The notes under the pieces are model-generated. The model saw nothing but the letters and a program-made list of their open reading frames with translations. It was not told where the DNA came from and did not search any database. Both the position numbers and the translations under genes were made by a program. From positions 27,481-91,480 of the forward strand of contig CAIPDT010000032.1 in the NCBI GenBank assembly GCA_903863905.1: DNA of 64,000 nt, in the 5' to 3' direction. This DNA comes from an uncultured Methylococcaceae bacterium (GTDB lineage Bacteria > Pseudomonadota > Gammaproteobacteria > Methylococcales > Methylomonadaceae). This document shows, one piece after another, positions 8,667-18,997 of this stretch. Each line of letters begins with the position of its first letter. The first letter of the stretch is position 1.

Positions 8667-10136
8667 CTACTGATTGATAACACTCGGCAACTCTACAATA
8701 AAGGCAACGCCAGTACTGTTTGGTTGATTTTTATAAACCAAGGAACCTCCGTGGCGCTCTACAATATACCGAGATAACCATAAGCCTATCCCCATTCCCG
8801 ACTCATTAGTCGTTTTCATTAAATCGAAAATAGAATCACCCAAGTCTTCTGGTACACCCATGCCATTATCAATCACTAAAACACGCAGCGACTCTTTTAG
8901 TTGCTGCGTTTTAATAACAATTTTTTTATTTTCCATCTCAAGAGGACTTAACGCTGTCACTGCATTATTTAATAAATTAATAATGACTTGCTGAAACTCA
9001 CCGACAATAACATTCACTGCCTTAGGTGCATTTAGTTCATACACTAACTGTATGCCTTTTTTTTGCGCATTAGACCTAAGAATAACATCTAAAGACTTAA
9101 TAAATTGATCAACCGATATTTGTTCATATTGACCATTGGGCGCTATAAATAACTGCTTTAGCGTATCGATAATACCGGTCACACGGTCAATATTACTATC
9201 GACTCGATCTAATACCTCATCAAATAAATGAGACTTTTCATGGCGTACTATTCTATGTAAAGACTGTATATTAATTTTAACGGCACACAATGGCTGGCTT
9301 AATTCATGAGCAATAGATGCCGATAAAACCCCCGACTGCACTCTTTTTTCGGCTCTAACTAAAGAAAAAAGTAAATGCTCTCGTTCTTTTAAAAGCCTAT
9401 CAATCTCTTCTTTTTCTGCCGTGGTTTCCTTCAGGGCTAACATGGTCGCCTTTAACTGGGTCACTACGTCTTTTTCTCTTAACAACAGTTTATCGTAAAA
9501 ATAACTACTGACAAAAACATACATCCCAAAATAAAGAGACGTCATAATAATTCTAGCCAATAACCCAACAGACGACTCTTGATAAACGTAATTCACATTT
9601 TTATAGTTAATCGGATCAAAATTAGCGACACGCACTACAATTAAAATAAGCACGGGGACTAATAACATAACAAAAAACTTTAAATGGATAGACTTATCTA
9701 TTTTAATGACCTGAATAATTTCCTTTAAATGCCAAGCCGTTATAATAAATAAAACACTCGCTACAACACGATACCGGTAAATATAAGGTGCTTGCCAAAT
9801 TAACATGATTGACATCACCAACGCGAACAGAATAAATAACAAGATACAGTATCTACTAAAGCGTTGACTGACGGGTTGCCTTAGGGATCTAAATAAAAGC
9901 CCCAAATAAATTAAACCACCAATAAGGCTCAAATTCGCCGTGATTAAAAAAAGGGGCATTCCAAAAGAACCTATCGCAAAACTAACAGTTGATATCAAAA
10001 CGTAGTTAATCGATTTAAGCCAAAAAGATTTCTTATCTGCACTAATATCTAATAGTCTTAACTCTAAATGAGCTTTAACATTAAGGATAATAATGAAAAA
10101 CACAAACATCAAATACGTTATTTGATTAATTGTCAT
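8667..10136 (-). CDS. Membrane-embedded sensor histidine kinase
   Basis: About 7 hydrophobic helices in the N-terminal 215 aa, H-box IAHELSQPL, N-box INLLNNA, G-boxes DNGMG and GMGIGL. Confidence 0.93.
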   Translation of the reverse strand: MTINQITYLMFVFFIIILNVKAHLELRLLDISADKKSFWLKSINYVLISTVSFAIGSFGMPLFLITANLSLIGGLIYLGLLFRSLRQPVSQRFSRYCILLFILFALVMSIMLIWQAPYIYRYRVVASVLFIITAWHLKEIIQVIKIDKSIHLKFFVMLLVPVLILIVVRVANFDPINYKNVNYVYQESSVGLLARIIMTSLYFGMYVFVSSYFYDKLLLREKDVVTQLKATMLALKETTAEKEEIDRLLKEREHLLFSLVRAEKRVQSGVLSASIAHELSQPLCAVKINIQSLHRIVRHEKSHLFDEVLDRVDSNIDRVTGIIDTLKQLFIAPNGQYEQISVDQFIKSLDVILRSNAQKKGIQLVYELNAPKAVNVIVGEFQQVIINLLNNAVTALSPLEMENKKIVIKTQQLKESLRVLVIDNGMGVPEDLGDSIFDLMKTTNESGMGIGLWLSRYIVERHGGSLVYKNQPNSTGVAFIVELPSVINQ

Positions 10137-10318
10137 GAGTGCTCACATCATTGTATATTTTCAAAACTGGCTCCAACTGCTCATTAATGACATCCGATTG
10201 AGTAGACACTTGACCCTGTGCCATTAAAATTATTCACTAAGTCACTAAGACTTAAAAAAACTTATGCGTTAAAATGCTTAGAAATCCATTCGATTAAATA
10301 CCACACCTCGTAAACTCC

Positions 10319-11041
10319 ATGTTTTTTATTCCAGCCTTAAAGACGTTAAACCCAAGACTGCGTGCATTAACATTGTCTTTGTTAATACTCAGCCCTTTTA
10401 CTTCTCAAGCCGAAGAACTTAAAAATCCAACCGATTTATTTGAACAGCTGCTGTCTATACAAGCTCAAATGAATATCAAGATTATAGGGCTTGAACGTAT
10501 CCAAAATGAAGAAAAAATTAAAACCCGAGGTTCTCTGTCACAACAAACTGAACAACTATTAGCTTCATTTAACCATATTGTGAGTCGAAATAACAAAGGT
10601 GAAATTGAGCGAATTGTTATTATTAACAAAAAACAAAAATCTGAGGTCGAAAGCATTGTCTTACCCACGCATCAACAAGGCAATCATTTCATCGTTTCAG
10701 TGGATTTATCTGGTAATGGTGAAACATGGCAAACCGTGGATATGGTCATTGATACCGGAGCCGATTTAGTCGTTTTACCAGAATCAATGATTGCCTCTTT
10801 AGGTTTAACCCATCAAACTTTTACTCAGCAAAATATGCAGACGGCTAATGGCACGACTAAAGCTAAAATTACGCATTTAAACACGGTTAAAATTGCCGGC
10901 GAGAGTCTTGAGCAAGTTCAAGTTGCGTTTATTGCTGATGCCTTATTAGGCACTAACAAACTACTAGGAATGAGCGCCTTAAGTCGATATCAAATTAACA
11001 TTGATGATAAGAGCCAACTCGTTACCTTAATTAAGCGCTAA
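10319..11041 (+). CDS. Secreted clan AA (retropepsin-like, TIGR02281-type) aspartic protease with an extra N-terminal domain
   Basis: Signal peptide ending near SQA|EE, catalytic IDTGAD, QTANG flap, LLGMSAL. Confidence 0.88.
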   Translation: MFFIPALKTLNPRLRALTLSLLILSPFTSQAEELKNPTDLFEQLLSIQAQMNIKIIGLERIQNEEKIKTRGSLSQQTEQLLASFNHIVSRNNKGEIERIVIINKKQKSEVESIVLPTHQQGNHFIVSVDLSGNGETWQTVDMVIDTGADLVVLPESMIASLGLTHQTFTQQNMQTANGTTKAKITHLNTVKIAGESLEQVQVAFIADALLGTNKLLGMSALSRYQINIDDKSQLVTLIKR

Positions 11042-11908
11042 TCAAATACGATTTATTTGAAAAAGTCGCCCCTGATACACTAAGACCATACTTTCTGCGC
11101 GTATCTCTTTTAACAGCAAACCAGGTTGCACGGTTTGGCCTTCTTTATATTTCTCCCCGTCAATCATCACAAAACTATCCTCTGGCGGGACGGCATACAC
11201 AAAAACATTAACCTTAAAGGACGGTACGGCATTTCTAAACTCAACCGGCAATTCTCTTAAAAAAGGCAGCTCTTCTTGAGAGGATTGCTTACTATCTTGC
11301 TCGAAAACTTGAGTTGATTGACTGAAAGGTGTATTGGCTTTATTTAAAGACGTATTAGGTTTACTCAATAACGGCTTAGGCTTAGACTCCAACTGCGCCA
11401 CGACTCCCGGCTCCGACGTAACAGGATGCGCTATTTTTTTCTCAACTTGATCAATTTTCTCTGATTTTGTTTTAGGTTGCTGTTTCACCGGTTGGAACTC
11501 TATTATCTTGGCCTCGTCTGGTTTATCAGTATTAATACTAAACTTTTGGATTTCGATCCAATTTGCTATAGAAGTCGTTTTCATTGGCACATTATCCAGA
11601 GGTTTTGGCGTCGATAGCTCAACCTGAGAAGAATCAGCATCGACTTCGACAGCAGTCGACACGACAGGTTTAGAAACACTTACAGATAAGGCGGGAGCGG
11701 GAGTAGGTGTTTTGAAGTAATACCATGCAAAACCCATTACCCCTAAAATAAGTACCATGTTAGCAATAACCAAACTTTTATAAACACCTCCTGTTTTAGG
11801 ATGACGGGGTTGCCATTGTTTGTTCTGTAAGCGCTCGGCTAAATCTTCAGGATTAAGAGATTTTCTTTCTTGTTCAGATTTACGAAGTGCATTTAAAATA
11901 AAAGACAT
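11042..11908 (-). CDS. exeB: General secretion pathway protein B (ExeB/GspB)
   Basis: MSFILNALRKSEQER N-terminus, one TM helix, Pro-rich linker, C-terminal VNVFVYA...FVMIDGEKYKEG GspB domain. Directly downstream of exeA. Confidence 0.9.
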   Translation of the reverse strand: MSFILNALRKSEQERKSLNPEDLAERLQNKQWQPRHPKTGGVYKSLVIANMVLILGVMGFAWYYFKTPTPAPALSVSVSKPVVSTAVEVDADSSQVELSTPKPLDNVPMKTTSIANWIEIQKFSINTDKPDEAKIIEFQPVKQQPKTKSEKIDQVEKKIAHPVTSEPGVVAQLESKPKPLLSKPNTSLNKANTPFSQSTQVFEQDSKQSSQEELPFLRELPVEFRNAVPSFKVNVFVYAVPPEDSFVMIDGEKYKEGQTVQPGLLLKEIRAESMVLVYQGRLFQINRI

Positions 11909-11910
11909 AA

Positions 11911-13617
11911 TTAATCGCTTATTTTTAAGTGTGACGATTGAAAGTTGTGAACGAATTGCTTTAAACGCAGCAAAGTATCACCTTCGACCCGACTATCTTT
12001 TTTTAAATGAAATTGCTCCTGAAACTTCAAAACTCGCTGGGCTAAAGCCTCATCATAATAAGTAGGGTCTTGAACAATGGGGCTTTTACCATCAATATTA
12101 TTTAACACATTACGTAACCACAACACATTATCAGATGACTGACCTTGCAATATGCCCTTTGCCGTTGGCATTACCGGTGCTTCTAATGCTAAATAGTAAC
12201 CTTCCCAGTATTTTAAAACGTCCGCCAGTGGAAATTTAATATTCTCTTTAAATTCAATTTCAGCGGTTTTCTGCCTATATCCTGTCACTAAAGCATGTTG
12301 CTTTTTACTATTATTCAAAGAAAATTCTAAAATAACGGGACGTTTTATTAGTAATAATTCTCGCCAGGTAGTTTTTCCATACACACAACGTAAACCCATC
12401 GCAACTATCGAATGACAATCAACTTTACCCGTCTCTGGGATCTCTTTACCCCAATGACGTAATAAAGTAATCAAGGCAGAATCTAAAGAATAATCGGGAT
12501 AATAATCAAGAAAGTAATCTGGATTATTAAGCCATTGTTCAAATGCTGTGGGTGGGTTAAAAATCGTGGGCGTGGGTGATATGTTTAATGATTCTGTGGA
12601 GGTTACCCTATTAATTTCAGACGGGCGGACTACTTGCGGAGTCGGTTTAATAGTTTGCAACTGTTCATAAGGGCTCTCTATCGTTTTAGCGTTTACGACT
12701 TTTAAACTTTCAGTGGGCTCTTTGTTTATAAAAAAGAGCCCATAATTAATCAAAGCCACTGAAAATATTGCCAAAGATATCCTTATGTATGGCAGATTCA
12801 GTTCAATAGGTCCAGGTAAAACTTCTTTAGCCGCCATATTCACTATGGAAGCATTAACCGTTTTTGAATGCTTGGAATAAGCGCCTAACAAGGCTCGATC
12901 ACAGAGGATATTGATTAGTCTAGGAATTCCTTCGGTCAATCGATAAACTCTTCGTAAAGCTTTGGCATTAAATATATCAACTTGCCCATGACAGACACTT
13001 AATCGATGCTCAATATAAGCCGATGTTTCTTCAAAAGACAACGGCAACAAATGATAACGTGCCGTGATACGCTGATTTAACTGTCGCAACTCACGTTTAG
13101 CTAACAGTTCTTTTAACTCTGGCTGACCGACTAAAATAATTCTTAATAACTTGGTGGTGCTAGTTTCTAAATTAGTTAATAATCGAATTTGTTCTAAGAC
13201 ATCCATGCTGAGATTCTGAGCTTCGTCGATTAATAAGACCGTGCGTCTACCTTGTGCATGGGCACTTAATAAATATTGATTTAAATTATCAATCAGGTAC
13301 TTAAGTGAAAGCTGAGTTTTATCGTAAGTAACGCCTAACTCATCACAAATAGTGGCTACCAATTCAAAGGCATTGAGTCTTGAATTAAGTATAAGTGCCA
13401 TATCAATATTTTTTGGGAGTTGTTGTAAAAGACAATGACATAAAGTAGTTTTTCCCGTACCAACTTCACCGGTTAACGCTACAAATCCTCCACCAAAATC
13501 AATCCCATACAACAGATGCGCCAATCCTTCTTGATGACGCGCACTCATATACATAAAATGAGGATCAGGCGATATAGAAAAGGGTAATTGATTAAAATGA
13601 AAGTGCTGTTCGTACAC
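11911..13617 (-). CDS. exeA: General secretion pathway protein A (ExeA/GspA AAA ATPase with a C-terminal peptidoglycan-binding region)
   Basis: MYEQHFHFNQLPFSISPDP, GEVGTGKTT, LLIDEAQNL, LVGQPEL, QRITARYHL. GTG start. Confidence 0.93.
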   Translation of the reverse strand: MYEQHFHFNQLPFSISPDPHFMYMSARHQEGLAHLLYGIDFGGGFVALTGEVGTGKTTLCHCLLQQLPKNIDMALILNSRLNAFELVATICDELGVTYDKTQLSLKYLIDNLNQYLLSAHAQGRRTVLLIDEAQNLSMDVLEQIRLLTNLETSTTKLLRIILVGQPELKELLAKRELRQLNQRITARYHLLPLSFEETSAYIEHRLSVCHGQVDIFNAKALRRVYRLTEGIPRLINILCDRALLGAYSKHSKTVNASIVNMAAKEVLPGPIELNLPYIRISLAIFSVALINYGLFFINKEPTESLKVVNAKTIESPYEQLQTIKPTPQVVRPSEINRVTSTESLNISPTPTIFNPPTAFEQWLNNPDYFLDYYPDYSLDSALITLLRHWGKEIPETGKVDCHSIVAMGLRCVYGKTTWRELLLIKRPVILEFSLNNSKKQHALVTGYRQKTAEIEFKENIKFPLADVLKYWEGYYLALEAPVMPTAKGILQGQSSDNVLWLRNVLNNIDGKSPIVQDPTYYDEALAQRVLKFQEQFHLKKDSRVEGDTLLRLKQFVHNFQSSHLKISD

Positions 13618-13757
13618 AGTAGTTATTTATTTTTAAGCATGAAATCTCAATAGGAAATATTGTAACCTACAATATGCGTGTTCATGACCATTATTAGGGA
13701 TAAGTACGTGTTTATCTGTATAATTTGTTTTATTTAAGTTATTCCGCATAAAAATCC

Positions 13758-15152
13758 ATGACTACAGTTAATTCAGAAAAACTTTCTAGTGCCCGTTTTG
13801 CACAAGCGACCGATGCTTTTGTTGAAGTATTTACCGCTTCTGTCGATTTTGATAAACGTATGGCCCAACAAGATATACAAGGCTCTATCGCTCACGCTAA
13901 AATGCTCGCCCATTGTGGTATTTTAACGGAAGCAGAACGTGATGCTATCATTCAAGGTTTAAACCACGTCAGTGATGAAATCATTAGTGGCAACTTTGTT
14001 TGGTCAATTAAACAAGAAGATGTTCACATGAATATCGAGGCTCGTTTAACTGACTTAATTGGTATTGCCGGCAAAAAACTCCATACCGGTCGCTCACGTA
14101 ATGATCAAGTCGCGACCGATATCAGACTGTATTTACGCAGTGAAGTGGCTCAAATTACCGCACAACTGACTCGCTTGCAATGGGCTATTTTAGAACTGGC
14201 AACCCAACATGCCGACACGATTATGCCTGGCTTTACTCATTTACAAGTGGCTCAACCGATTACTTTTGGACATCATCTGATGGCCTGGTACGAAATGTTG
14301 GTTCGTGACCACGAAAGACTCCAAGATTGCTGTAAACGTATCAATGTGATGCCTTTAGGTGCCGCGGCCTTAGCAGGCACTAGCTATCCAATCGATCGTT
14401 ATATGACCGCTGAGTTGTTAGGATTTAGTCATCCTTCCGCTAACTCCTTAGACTCTGTAAGTGACCGTGATTTTGCCATTGAATTTACGGCCGTTGGCAG
14501 TTTAATCATGATGCATTTATCACGTTTTTCTGAAGAACTTATCTTATGGTCAAGCGCCCAATTTGATTTTATTGAAATCCCCGATGCCTTCTGCACAGGT
14601 TCTTCAATTATGCCGCAAAAGAAAAATCCTGATGTACCTGAATTAGTGCGGGGTAAATCAGGTCGAGTCACGGGGCATTTAATGTCTTTATTAATGCTGA
14701 TGAAAAGCCAACCCTTGGCCTATAACAAAGACAACCAGGAAGATAAAGAACCTTTATTTGATACGGCCGACACCTTAGTTAACTGTTTACGTGCTTATGC
14801 CGATATGGTGCCCCATATCACCGCTAAAAAAGCTAATATGTATCAATCTGCAAAAAGAGGTTTCGCTACGGCAACTGATTTAGCCGATTATTTAGTGCGT
14901 AAAGGCATGGCGTTTAGAGATGCTCATGAAGTGGTAGGTTTAGCTGTAAGATTAGGTATCAATAGCCAAAGGGATTTATCAGAAATCTCTTTAGCTGAGT
15001 TACAACAATTTTCGAGCTTAATAACCGAAGATGTGTTTGGCTTCTTAACTTTAGAAGGCTCAGTGGCTGCCCGTCAACATATTGGTGGCACAGCTCCTGA
15101 TACCGTTAGAAAAGCCATCGAAACGGCTCGATTGAAGATGGCTGCTTTATAG
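13758..15152 (+). CDS. argH: Argininosuccinate lyase
   Basis: [39 protein letters not shown]. Confidence 0.98.
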   Translation: MTTVNSEKLSSARFAQATDAFVEVFTASVDFDKRMAQQDIQGSIAHAKMLAHCGILTEAERDAIIQGLNHVSDEIISGNFVWSIKQEDVHMNIEARLTDLIGIAGKKLHTGRSRNDQVATDIRLYLRSEVAQITAQLTRLQWAILELATQHADTIMPGFTHLQVAQPITFGHHLMAWYEMLVRDHERLQDCCKRINVMPLGAAALAGTSYPIDRYMTAELLGFSHPSANSLDSVSDRDFAIEFTAVGSLIMMHLSRFSEELILWSSAQFDFIEIPDAFCTGSSIMPQKKNPDVPELVRGKSGRVTGHLMSLLMLMKSQPLAYNKDNQEDKEPLFDTADTLVNCLRAYADMVPHITAKKANMYQSAKRGFATATDLADYLVRKGMAFRDAHEVVGLAVRLGINSQRDLSEISLAELQQFSSLITEDVFGFLTLEGSVAARQHIGGTAPDTVRKAIETARLKMAAL

Positions 15153-15169
15153 TAGACTATTTGAACGAA

Positions 15170-15212
15170 TTGGAGAAGGGTAACATCTAGAGAAGTCTGT
15201 TACCCTCTCCAA
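15170..15212. terminator. Inverted repeat between convergent argH and the hypothetical gene
   Basis: TTGGAG(A)AGGGTAACA...TGTTACCCTCTCCAA, a 15-bp stem with one bulge. Confidence 0.7.
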
Positions 15213-15283
15213 TAAGCTCTTAGTCAATCGACACGCAAGAGCCGCGCAACATATTACTAATTATTTATACACGTTTAAACGTT

Positions 15284-15796
15284 TTATTTACGTGAGCCGG
15301 CATTAGGATCGACCTCTCCCTTAATACGACTTAATAAATTGGTTTGCTGAGAAACTCTATCCGCTTGCGTTAAGTCAATCATACTCTTAAGATCTTCAAA
15401 ACGTTTCTCTGCCTCTTTTAAAAGGTCTGTGGCTTTTGCTAAATCATGTTCTTGAATCGCTCCTCGCGCTTTTTTCAAATAATCGTTTGCACGATTACGA
15501 TTACGATCTAGCTTGTCATTTGCATTAATTTCTTTACTTAATTTTAATGCTTCTTTAATATCATTAATAATCAGCTCATCCCCTGCTTTACCGTCGTCAG
15601 CAGCGCCGCCACTGTTTCTTACTTGAATAGATTTCAACGCTTCATTGATTTGACCTATGGTAGCGTCGATTCCTTCTACTGGCGTCATTCTATTATACAT
15701 ACATGCCATACCTAAGCAGATATCGGCAGTTGCAGGAAAAGATCCAAAAGAAATTGCCAATGTCGTCGCTAAGACAGCTTTTTTTAATACTTTCAT
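15284..15796 (-). CDS. Secreted helical hypothetical protein of a type I recall from Methylococcales
   Basis: Sec signal peptide (…SFPATA|D), CLGMAC motif, amphipathic helices, DRNRNRANDYLKKAR. Confidence 0.65.
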   Translation of the reverse strand: MKVLKKAVLATTLAISFGSFPATADICLGMACMYNRMTPVEGIDATIGQINEALKSIQVRNSGGAADDGKAGDELIINDIKEALKLSKEINANDKLDRNRNRANDYLKKARGAIQEHDLAKATDLLKEAEKRFEDLKSMIDLTQADRVSQQTNLLSRIKGEVDPNAGSRK

Positions 15797-15910
15797 GTAA
15801 TGTACACCTCGTTATAGTTATTTTTATTAAGTCAGTAACTGCCTAGATATTAAGCATATATAATTAGTTACATGACAGGGTGAACTTTATCATAAGTCTT
15901 ACAAATATTA

Positions 15911-16615
15911 TCAACTATTAGTCGGCATTCCCTTTAATAACCATGAAATAAAATTATCACGATTCCTAGAACAGATAACCACCTTACCTCTCCCTGAGAA
16001 TTTAAGGACCATACCCTCACCACTGGTTACACTATTAACCAATTGTCCCAATAAACCACTTGATTGTTGTGTCGTGACCGATATTTCATGATGTAAGCTA
16101 CTATCCCACGCGACGACATGCGCATTATCAATAACAATATCTTTACCCGGTTCAACATCTAAGACAAAACTAGAACCAAATCCTGAAACCGCTAATTTAC
16201 CCACACCAGACGCTTCACAGATAAAAAACCCGCCCGATTGTCCAAATAAAGCAGTGCCGACATTTTGGGTGCGCACATTGAGGTTAACACCACTTTCTGC
16301 CGCCACAAAAGCACCATCTGTTATTTTATAACTCGTAGCGCCCACCTCTAAGACTTGAATAGCCCCAGGTAATGTCGGTGATAACAAACAATCTCCCCCA
16401 CCACGAACTGCTTCTATGTGTTGCTGAAAAAAGGATTCGTCATTCGCAAATCGCCGCATTAAAGCACTTCCTAAGCCACCCGTCATTTTTCCTTTGAGGT
16501 CTAATGCACTTTCCATCATCACCATGGCATTCGATTCACAATAAATCTTTTCACCCTGTAATAAACTGATATGTAAAAAAGGATCTATCTCACCTGTCAC
16601 TGTAAATTGTGCCAT
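15911..16615 (-). CDS. TIGR00266 / AIM24 family protein
   Basis: GEKIYCESNAMVMM, ESFFQQH, GQSGGFF, IDNAHVVAWD, SGEGMVLKFSGRG. Confidence 0.9.
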   Translation of the reverse strand: MAQFTVTGEIDPFLHISLLQGEKIYCESNAMVMMESALDLKGKMTGGLGSALMRRFANDESFFQQHIEAVRGGGDCLLSPTLPGAIQVLEVGATSYKITDGAFVAAESGVNLNVRTQNVGTALFGQSGGFFICEASGVGKLAVSGFGSSFVLDVEPGKDIVIDNAHVVAWDSSLHHEISVTTQQSSGLLGQLVNSVTSGEGMVLKFSGRGKVVICSRNRDNFISWLLKGMPTNS

Positions 16616-16661
16616 TGTTATCTCTGCTAGTAGTTGATATTAAAAAATAAAAAATCGCGTC

Positions 16662-18923
16662 TTACCTATTATTCCAATATTTACCGGCGCTGTCACGGAA
16701 TGACTCTAATGCCCAAACACCGTTTTGCACACTCAGTGTCAACGCGCCTTTATCTGCGGTATTCAGCCAATTGATATGTTGCTGTGCATATCTTGCCAAA
16801 ATATCAGGATGCGGGTGTTTAAATTGATTCCGATAACCTGCAGGTATCAATATCGTCTCGGGTTGAACAGCCTTTAAAAAATTTAACGTTGAAGAGGTTT
16901 TACTGCCATGATGGGGGGCAATTAATATATTGGCTTTTAAATCGTCTCCATATCGTTCAACTAATCCTGTTTCAGCAGACGCTTCTATATCACTGGGTAA
17001 TAAAACAATACCGTGTGCGGATTTAATTTGCAAGACACACGAATTATCATTGTCTGATACAAAAATATGCGGTGGTGATAATATTGTAAAAATAACGTTA
17101 TCCCATTCCCACGTTTGCCCTTCAATACATTTAATCGGGGCATAATCTTTTAAAGGTTCCAACGCACTGGTTAAGACGTCAGTCACCGGCATTGACGTTA
17201 ACAAGGAGACGGCTCCGCCAATATGATCATTATCACCATGACTTATAATTAAACGGTCAATGTGTTCTGCCCCTTGTTGCCTCAAAAAAGGTAGCAACAC
17301 GCTTTTACCCATATCACTGTCTTTTGAGAATTTAGCGCCGGTATCATACACCAACCAGTGCTGTTGAGTTTGTACCACCACCGCTAACGCCTGCCCAACA
17401 TCCAGTAATGTCATTTTAATAGCGCCGCTTAATGGTTTTTCGGTTTCTGTAAAGAATAGAGGTAAAAACATCAGTCCACTTATCCAGCGACACGGCATGC
17501 CTCGTGGTGCTAATAATAACAAAATACCCGGTATCGCAAACACCAACGCCCCAATAGACGGTTGGGTATGATTAAGGGTTGCCCAAGATAGCGTAGACAT
17601 CTGCTCTAAAACGAAGAATAAACCCTGCAGAGTAAGATCGACACCCTTTAGCAGTTGAGTCGCTAAAAAAGGCGATATTTCCATTAATACCACACCGACC
17701 AAAGCCACTGGCACAGCAATAAAACTAATCACGGGGACTGCAATAAAATTAGCGACGGGGGATATTAAGGAAACTTGTTGAAAAAACAATAACAATAAAG
17801 GCGCTAAGCCTATAGAGGTAGCCCAATTTATTTTTAGCATTTCGAGCCAATAACCGCCCTTCCCTAAGCGTGAAGAGACGACATAAACAATTAAACTCAC
17901 CGCTAAAAATGATAACCAAAAGCCCACAGACAAAATAGCTAATGGATCAAAAATCAATACGGCAAATAAAGCAATCGCTAAGGTATTAAAGGGCCGACTA
18001 TGACGTTGCAATATTAACGTTAACATCACGACGATTAACATAACCATAGCACGTTGTACCGGAATAGAAAAACCGGCTAGGCTCGAATAAAATACTGCAA
18101 CAACCATCGCCACTAAAGCAGATAAGGTTTGAGGTGACCACAATAAAACACCTACCCTAGCCCAGATTCTAAAAACCAGTAAGTATGCTAACCCCGCCAC
18201 TAAACCAATATGAGAACCTGAAATAACCACTAAATGGGTGGTGCCTGTTTTACGAAACACATCCCACTCATGCGGACTAATTTGGCTTCCATCGCCAATG
18301 GTTAACGCTTTAAGCAATGCTAAACTCGGACTATTAGGTAATAACTCCGTTAACCCATCGCCGATGGTTTGGCGCCAAACAGCACCATTAAACCAAGCGG
18401 ATTCACGTCCCAATAACACTGGCTTTTGTCCCGGACGCACATATCCAGTCGCACCTATCGCTTGAGTCAATAACCAACGTTCATAGTCAAAGCCCCCTGG
18501 ATTTAAATTACCATGAGGTCGTTTTAGTTTAACTAAGAGTGTCCAATACTGCCCCGATTTAATGAGCTGATCTGGAAAATACCAGCTTAACCTGAGTATA
18601 GAGGGTAACTTTTGATCCGCTTGGATCACCCTAAAATCAAAACGCGTTTGCCTCTCATTTTGCTCGGGTAAATCGACAATTAATCCAGTCACCACTATTT
18701 CTTGACCGTCTAGAGCCATAGGCAACCGATCGGCTAAACGATTTAACGCGAAGATCACTGCCCACAACAATCCGACTATAAAAAACACCCACCGCCAATA
18801 ACGTAACCATGCCATAATAATAGCTAAGATTGTCAACATGAACACGCCTATCCAACTTGGCAACACTGAAAATTGTTGCACAAATAACAGTCCTGTTAAA
18901 AAGGCCAACGCAGAAACAATCAT
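16662..18923 (-). CDS. comEC: DNA internalization competence protein ComEC/Rec2
   Basis: NPGGFDYERW, HLVVISGSHIG, metallo-beta-lactamase motifs DVGQ, SHGDNDHIGG, HHGSKTSS. Confidence 0.95.
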   Translation of the reverse strand: MIVSALAFLTGLLFVQQFSVLPSWIGVFMLTILAIIMAWLRYWRWVFFIVGLLWAVIFALNRLADRLPMALDGQEIVVTGLIVDLPEQNERQTRFDFRVIQADQKLPSILRLSWYFPDQLIKSGQYWTLLVKLKRPHGNLNPGGFDYERWLLTQAIGATGYVRPGQKPVLLGRESAWFNGAVWRQTIGDGLTELLPNSPSLALLKALTIGDGSQISPHEWDVFRKTGTTHLVVISGSHIGLVAGLAYLLVFRIWARVGVLLWSPQTLSALVAMVVAVFYSSLAGFSIPVQRAMVMLIVVMLTLILQRHSRPFNTLAIALFAVLIFDPLAILSVGFWLSFLAVSLIVYVVSSRLGKGGYWLEMLKINWATSIGLAPLLLLFFQQVSLISPVANFIAVPVISFIAVPVALVGVVLMEISPFLATQLLKGVDLTLQGLFFVLEQMSTLSWATLNHTQPSIGALVFAIPGILLLLAPRGMPCRWISGLMFLPLFFTETEKPLSGAIKMTLLDVGQALAVVVQTQQHWLVYDTGAKFSKDSDMGKSVLLPFLRQQGAEHIDRLIISHGDNDHIGGAVSLLTSMPVTDVLTSALEPLKDYAPIKCIEGQTWEWDNVIFTILSPPHIFVSDNDNSCVLQIKSAHGIVLLPSDIEASAETGLVERYGDDLKANILIAPHHGSKTSSTLNFLKAVQPETILIPAGYRNQFKHPHPDILARYAQQHINWLNTADKGALTLSVQNGVWALESFRDSAGKYWNNR

Positions 18924-18997
18924 AAAGCACCTAGGTGTTTTGAGGCTTATAAAACCTAATAAACTACGTTTAATCCACTTTAATCTATAGAGAACCG

